A DNA stretch of 64,000 bases from a bacterium (lineage in GTDB: Bacteria > Zhuqueibacterota > Zhuqueibacteria > Residuimicrobiales > Krinioviventaceae), in assembly GCA_963693055.1 (NCBI GenBank), contig OY843751.1:3712001-3776000 (forward strand), given 5' to 3'. Below the pieces are notes generated by a model. That model was given only the letters and a program-made list of their open reading frames with translations. It was not told where the DNA came from and made no database searches. This document shows, in pieces, positions 60,969 to 64,000 of this stretch. Made by a program: the position numbers and the translations under genes. Position 1 is the first letter of the stretch. Every line of letters begins with the position of its first letter.

Positions 60969-61182
60969 AAAATATTTTTCCCATAAATATTTATTTTAAA
61001 GACACTTACGCAAAAAAGAATAAAAGCTAAGCAATAAAATAGTACGAAATTCATTCGTACCATTTACATTTTTTTCATAGAATAGAAAGGATTATTATTT
61101 TGAATAATTATAAAATACCCCAAGTAGTTTCTTTGAAAAATTGATTATTAGAAAAAGACTTACCAGGATGGAACTTTGGCTA

Positions 61183-62628
61183 TTACTTACCTGTCTTAAT
61201 CAATCTTGATATTACTATATCCAATTCTTTATATCGATCAGGCCCACCACCTGTATCGATAAAATCAATGATACCCTCGGGATTGATAATAATATGAACA
61301 GGATGGCCATGTATATTATAAAGCGAATCAATATGGCTTGAATTAGGTATAATCCGATATGAGAATGGATGATTTTCTAAAAATTTATTTACGGTCGTTA
61401 TATCATTAAATGTCAGAGCTAGAAATTCAATATTTCTATTTTTATACTTTTTCACGAGTTTATTCAATCCCGGCATTTCAGCAATACATGGTGGACAACC
61501 AGTGTACCAAAAATTTAAAATAAGATACTTGCCACGATAATCTTTCAAAGTAACTCTTTGGTTATTCATATCCATTGCTTCAAAATCAGGAGCACGTTTA
61601 CCTTTTGCTATTCTTTTTACAGGTTTACCTTTCTTTTGAATTTTTTCAAATACAATATGCCGACCCAAGATATCAATTTCTTTAACACTCAGGCTTGCAT
61701 TTTCAAGGTGAATTGTTTCATTTGCTTTAAACCTCTCTCCATTGAAGCTTTGATATTCCCAAATACCATCCTTATTGACATCAATAAACACTGATACCCA
61801 GGGCTTGTGAAAAGTAGCATATCGATATATTTTATAAGGAGAAATAATTATATTATAGTCAATATCATTTACCGTTAAAGTCCCCTTGCGCATTTGCCTG
61901 ATTTCACCTATAAAATTATCAGGGTTAGTAAATACTTTTTCTTCCGTTTTATCTTTGATTGAAGGATACAAAAGTGCAATTTCAACTTTTGATTTCCTGA
62001 TACGATTATTTTCAGGATATTCAAATTCTACAGTAGTATCAACAAAATAAAAATCAATTCTCTCTTTTTCGGATTGTTGAATAACAAGCTTTTTAAATGT
62101 TGTATCCAAATCAATACATTGAAACAACTGGATTTCTTCATTGCTAAATTTCTCATCATTATTCGTATCAAAACCAACTAAAAATTCACCTCGTTTATTC
62201 TTTCCTACCCAGAATGAAATTTCACTATCATAACTCAAATCCCAATTATAATCACTATACATATCTTTTATATTCTGGATTGTTGGACCATTGGAAAGAT
62301 TCTGAGATAATATATATTTTGCCCAAATCATATCCGCATTGGGAGCGCAAAGAGAGAACAGACCAAAATATTGAATATCAATATCTTTTGGTAAATCCTT
62401 TAATGGTTCCAACGGTTCATTTGAGATCAAACCCCGTTCATACAATTCCAAATACCTGGAGGAAATATTCTGCAATGAAGGATCTGGTTCAAAATCTGGC
62501 GACAAATCACTATAAATAATCGGTACCAAATCGACTTTGATTATATTATTATCATTTTTTTCACTTTTATCACAGGAACATAATAAAACAATTAGTATAA
62601 AAAGTATACAAATCCCTGATTTTATCAT
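61183..62628 (-). CDS. Lipoprotein with C-terminal TlpA/redoxin domain (AT-rich)
   Basis: LLCSC lipobox; APDF...L.DYRGK..ILNFWYTGCPPCIAEMP.L; HP..IIINPEG. Confidence 0.88.
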   Translation of the reverse strand: MIKSGICILFILIVLLCSCDKSEKNDNNIIKVDLVPIIYSDLSPDFEPDPSLQNISSRYLELYERGLISNEPLEPLKDLPKDIDIQYFGLFSLCAPNADMIWAKYILSQNLSNGPTIQNIKDMYSDYNWDLSYDSEISFWVGKNKRGEFLVGFDTNNDEKFSNEEIQLFQCIDLDTTFKKLVIQQSEKERIDFYFVDTTVEFEYPENNRIRKSKVEIALLYPSIKDKTEEKVFTNPDNFIGEIRQMRKGTLTVNDIDYNIIISPYKIYRYATFHKPWVSVFIDVNKDGIWEYQSFNGERFKANETIHLENASLSVKEIDILGRHIVFEKIQKKGKPVKRIAKGKRAPDFEAMDMNNQRVTLKDYRGKYLILNFWYTGCPPCIAEMPGLNKLVKKYKNRNIEFLALTFNDITTVNKFLENHPFSYRIIPNSSHIDSLYNIHGHPVHIIINPEGIIDFIDTGGGPDRYKELDIVISRLIKTGK

Positions 62629-62677
62629 ATATCACCTCTTGAATCAAGTTCTTAACTATTTGATAAAAATACAAATA

Positions 62678-63407
62678 TTGAATCATCCCATAAAAACTAG
62701 CACGACGATCGGGAACTCCCATTAGCTTGTACGGTTGACTGTATTTATCATTAACGTGATAAGGGCCATGTGGTGCATTGGTGGCAAGATAACAAAAAAA
62801 AGGCCGATCTTTATGCTTTTCGATAAAATAAAGTGTTTCTGCAAACCAGATGTCTGTACAATAGCCATTATATTTTTGAGGAATGCCATTATGAAAATAG
62901 GTGTCGTCAAAATAATCATTATACCAATAATCCAGAGTTTGCCCTACTCCACCTCCACCATGAGCTACGGTTTCATCAAAACCACGATCAAAAGGCTCAA
63001 ATGGAAAAGAATCTCCCAAATGCCATTTACCAAACATACCCGTAGTATAACCGTTAGCATGAAAAACATTTGCCATGGTCACTTTATCCTGTCGTAAAAG
63101 AGAACGTCCCATAACAGTATGCCATACACCGGTTCGGTTACAGTATCGCCCGGTCATCAGGCCTGCACGTGTAGGCGAGCAGGTAGGCCCAACATGAAAG
63201 TTAGTCAACCTGGTGCTTTCAGCATACAATGTATCCATTGCAGGTGTTTTCAACCAGGGATTGCCATGACATATCACCATATCCCTGGTCATCTGTGACA
63301 ACCAGAACGATATTGAGTTTTTCGGATTGAGTAAAAGTGCACTTGCTTATGGATAATGAAGCAAGTGCACCAGTACCTAATAATTTAACAAAAGATCGTC
63401 TATTCAT
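62678..63407 (-). pseudogene. Arylsulfatase pseudogene (frameshifted and 3'-truncated)
   Basis: Tat signal NRRSFV and TDDQGYGD in one frame; CHGNP..KTP, CSPTRAGLMTG, FGKWHLG, NAPHGP in another; similarity ends at FYGMIQ, about half a sulfatase. Confidence 0.88.
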
Positions 63408-63409
63408 TC

Positions 63410-64000
63410 TTAATCATTCAAAAACAGCTCAATTACCGGTACAGTAACATTCGGTGCTTTTACTGGTATTTCCAGTGTGAGTGTATTGTCTTTTTTGCCT
63501 TCACCGGACATCCAAGCACCGCCCCTGTCGCTGAATTCCAACTCCGAAGCGTCATTCAAAAGCTGAGCGTATTTCACTTTGCCCTTGAATCCCGGTAAAT
63601 GTATATAGCGGAACGGCCAGGCCAAAACATGCACATACATTCGGTTCAATTCAGGATTATAGGTAAGCATGCAGTTTTGCGGCATTTCAAAACCTTCCGG
63701 TGCTGCTGTACATCCATAAATAGAGCGGCCGTGGTATTTGAGCCATTCACCCATTGCATCCAGGCGATCCATTGCACGATCATCAAAATTACCGCGGGCG
63801 GTTGGTCCTACATTCAACAGCAGGTTCCCGCCTTTGCTGGTGGTTTCAATCAGCATGGTAACCAGTTGTTTCGGATCTTTCCAGCTATATTCGTCACGAT
63901 AGTATCCCCATGATCCTGAAAAAGTCTGACAGGTTTCCCAAGGTACCTCTTTACCACCATAATTAACCCAGGTTTTAGGCATAAATTGTTCAGGTGTGCG
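63410..64000 (-). CDS. Alpha-L-fucosidase GH29, C-terminal part (5' end outside the window)
   Basis: TPEQF, PWETCQTF..SWGY, SKGGNLLLNVGP..G, W....G.SIYG. Confidence 0.9.
   Translation of the reverse strand, partial: RTPEQFMPKTWVNYGGKEVPWETCQTFSGSWGYYRDEYSWKDPKQLVTMLIETTSKGGNLLLNVGPTARGNFDDRAMDRLDAMGEWLKYHGRSIYGCTAAPEGFEMPQNCMLTYNPELNRMYVHVLAWPFRYIHLPGFKGKVKYAQLLNDASELEFSDRGGAWMSGEGKKDNTLTLEIPVKAPNVTVPVIELFLND

Noticed and set aside
48603-61182. Complete diversity-generating retroelement
   Set aside because: No reverse transcriptase ORF; no non-coding template repeat seen in the spacers; differences between similar modules are not adenine-specific.
63260-63280. Programmed frameshift in the sulfatase
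   Set aside because: No slippery heptamer; best explained by a 5-bp deletion, and the gene is also truncated.

Overview
This 64 kb window is bacterial chromosome, moderately AT-rich, probably from an FCB-group organism (KSB1/Calditrichota-like). That placement is inferred from FlgD/T9SS-type C-terminal sorting domains, FISUMP proteins and TonB-dependent receptors. In order, it holds: carbohydrate-active genes (GH141-like, GH36); an intact IS4-family element with a 12-bp target duplication; a ~1500-aa beta-helix surface protein; ppk2; a Kef-type K+ antiporter; an operon linking peptidoglycan recycling (AmpG, NamZ) to a MacB/TolC pump with three adaptors; an asd operon; selB; a YfiR-TBDR-kinase signalling cluster; a four-gene FGE/FISUMP surface-protein locus; a TlpA-like lipoprotein; a broken sulfatase; and the end of a GH29 fucosidase. 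No rRNA, tRNA, CRISPR array or reverse transcriptase was seen. There are two top observations. (1) Three secreted CLec-fold proteins lack a sorting domain, and their N-terminal Ig/FN3-like domain appears to lack its last strand. A small upstream protein has a sorting domain and starts with an orphan G-strand-like peptide, suggesting a donor-strand plug-in surface display system (inference). (2) An unannotated 20-aa Lys/Thr/Met-rich leader peptide with terminator and antiterminator sits in front of asd, which is followed by two uncharacterised enzymes, a Gfo/Idh/MocA oxidoreductase and a DapA-like aldolase. All family calls come from motif recognition by eye; no database search was run.
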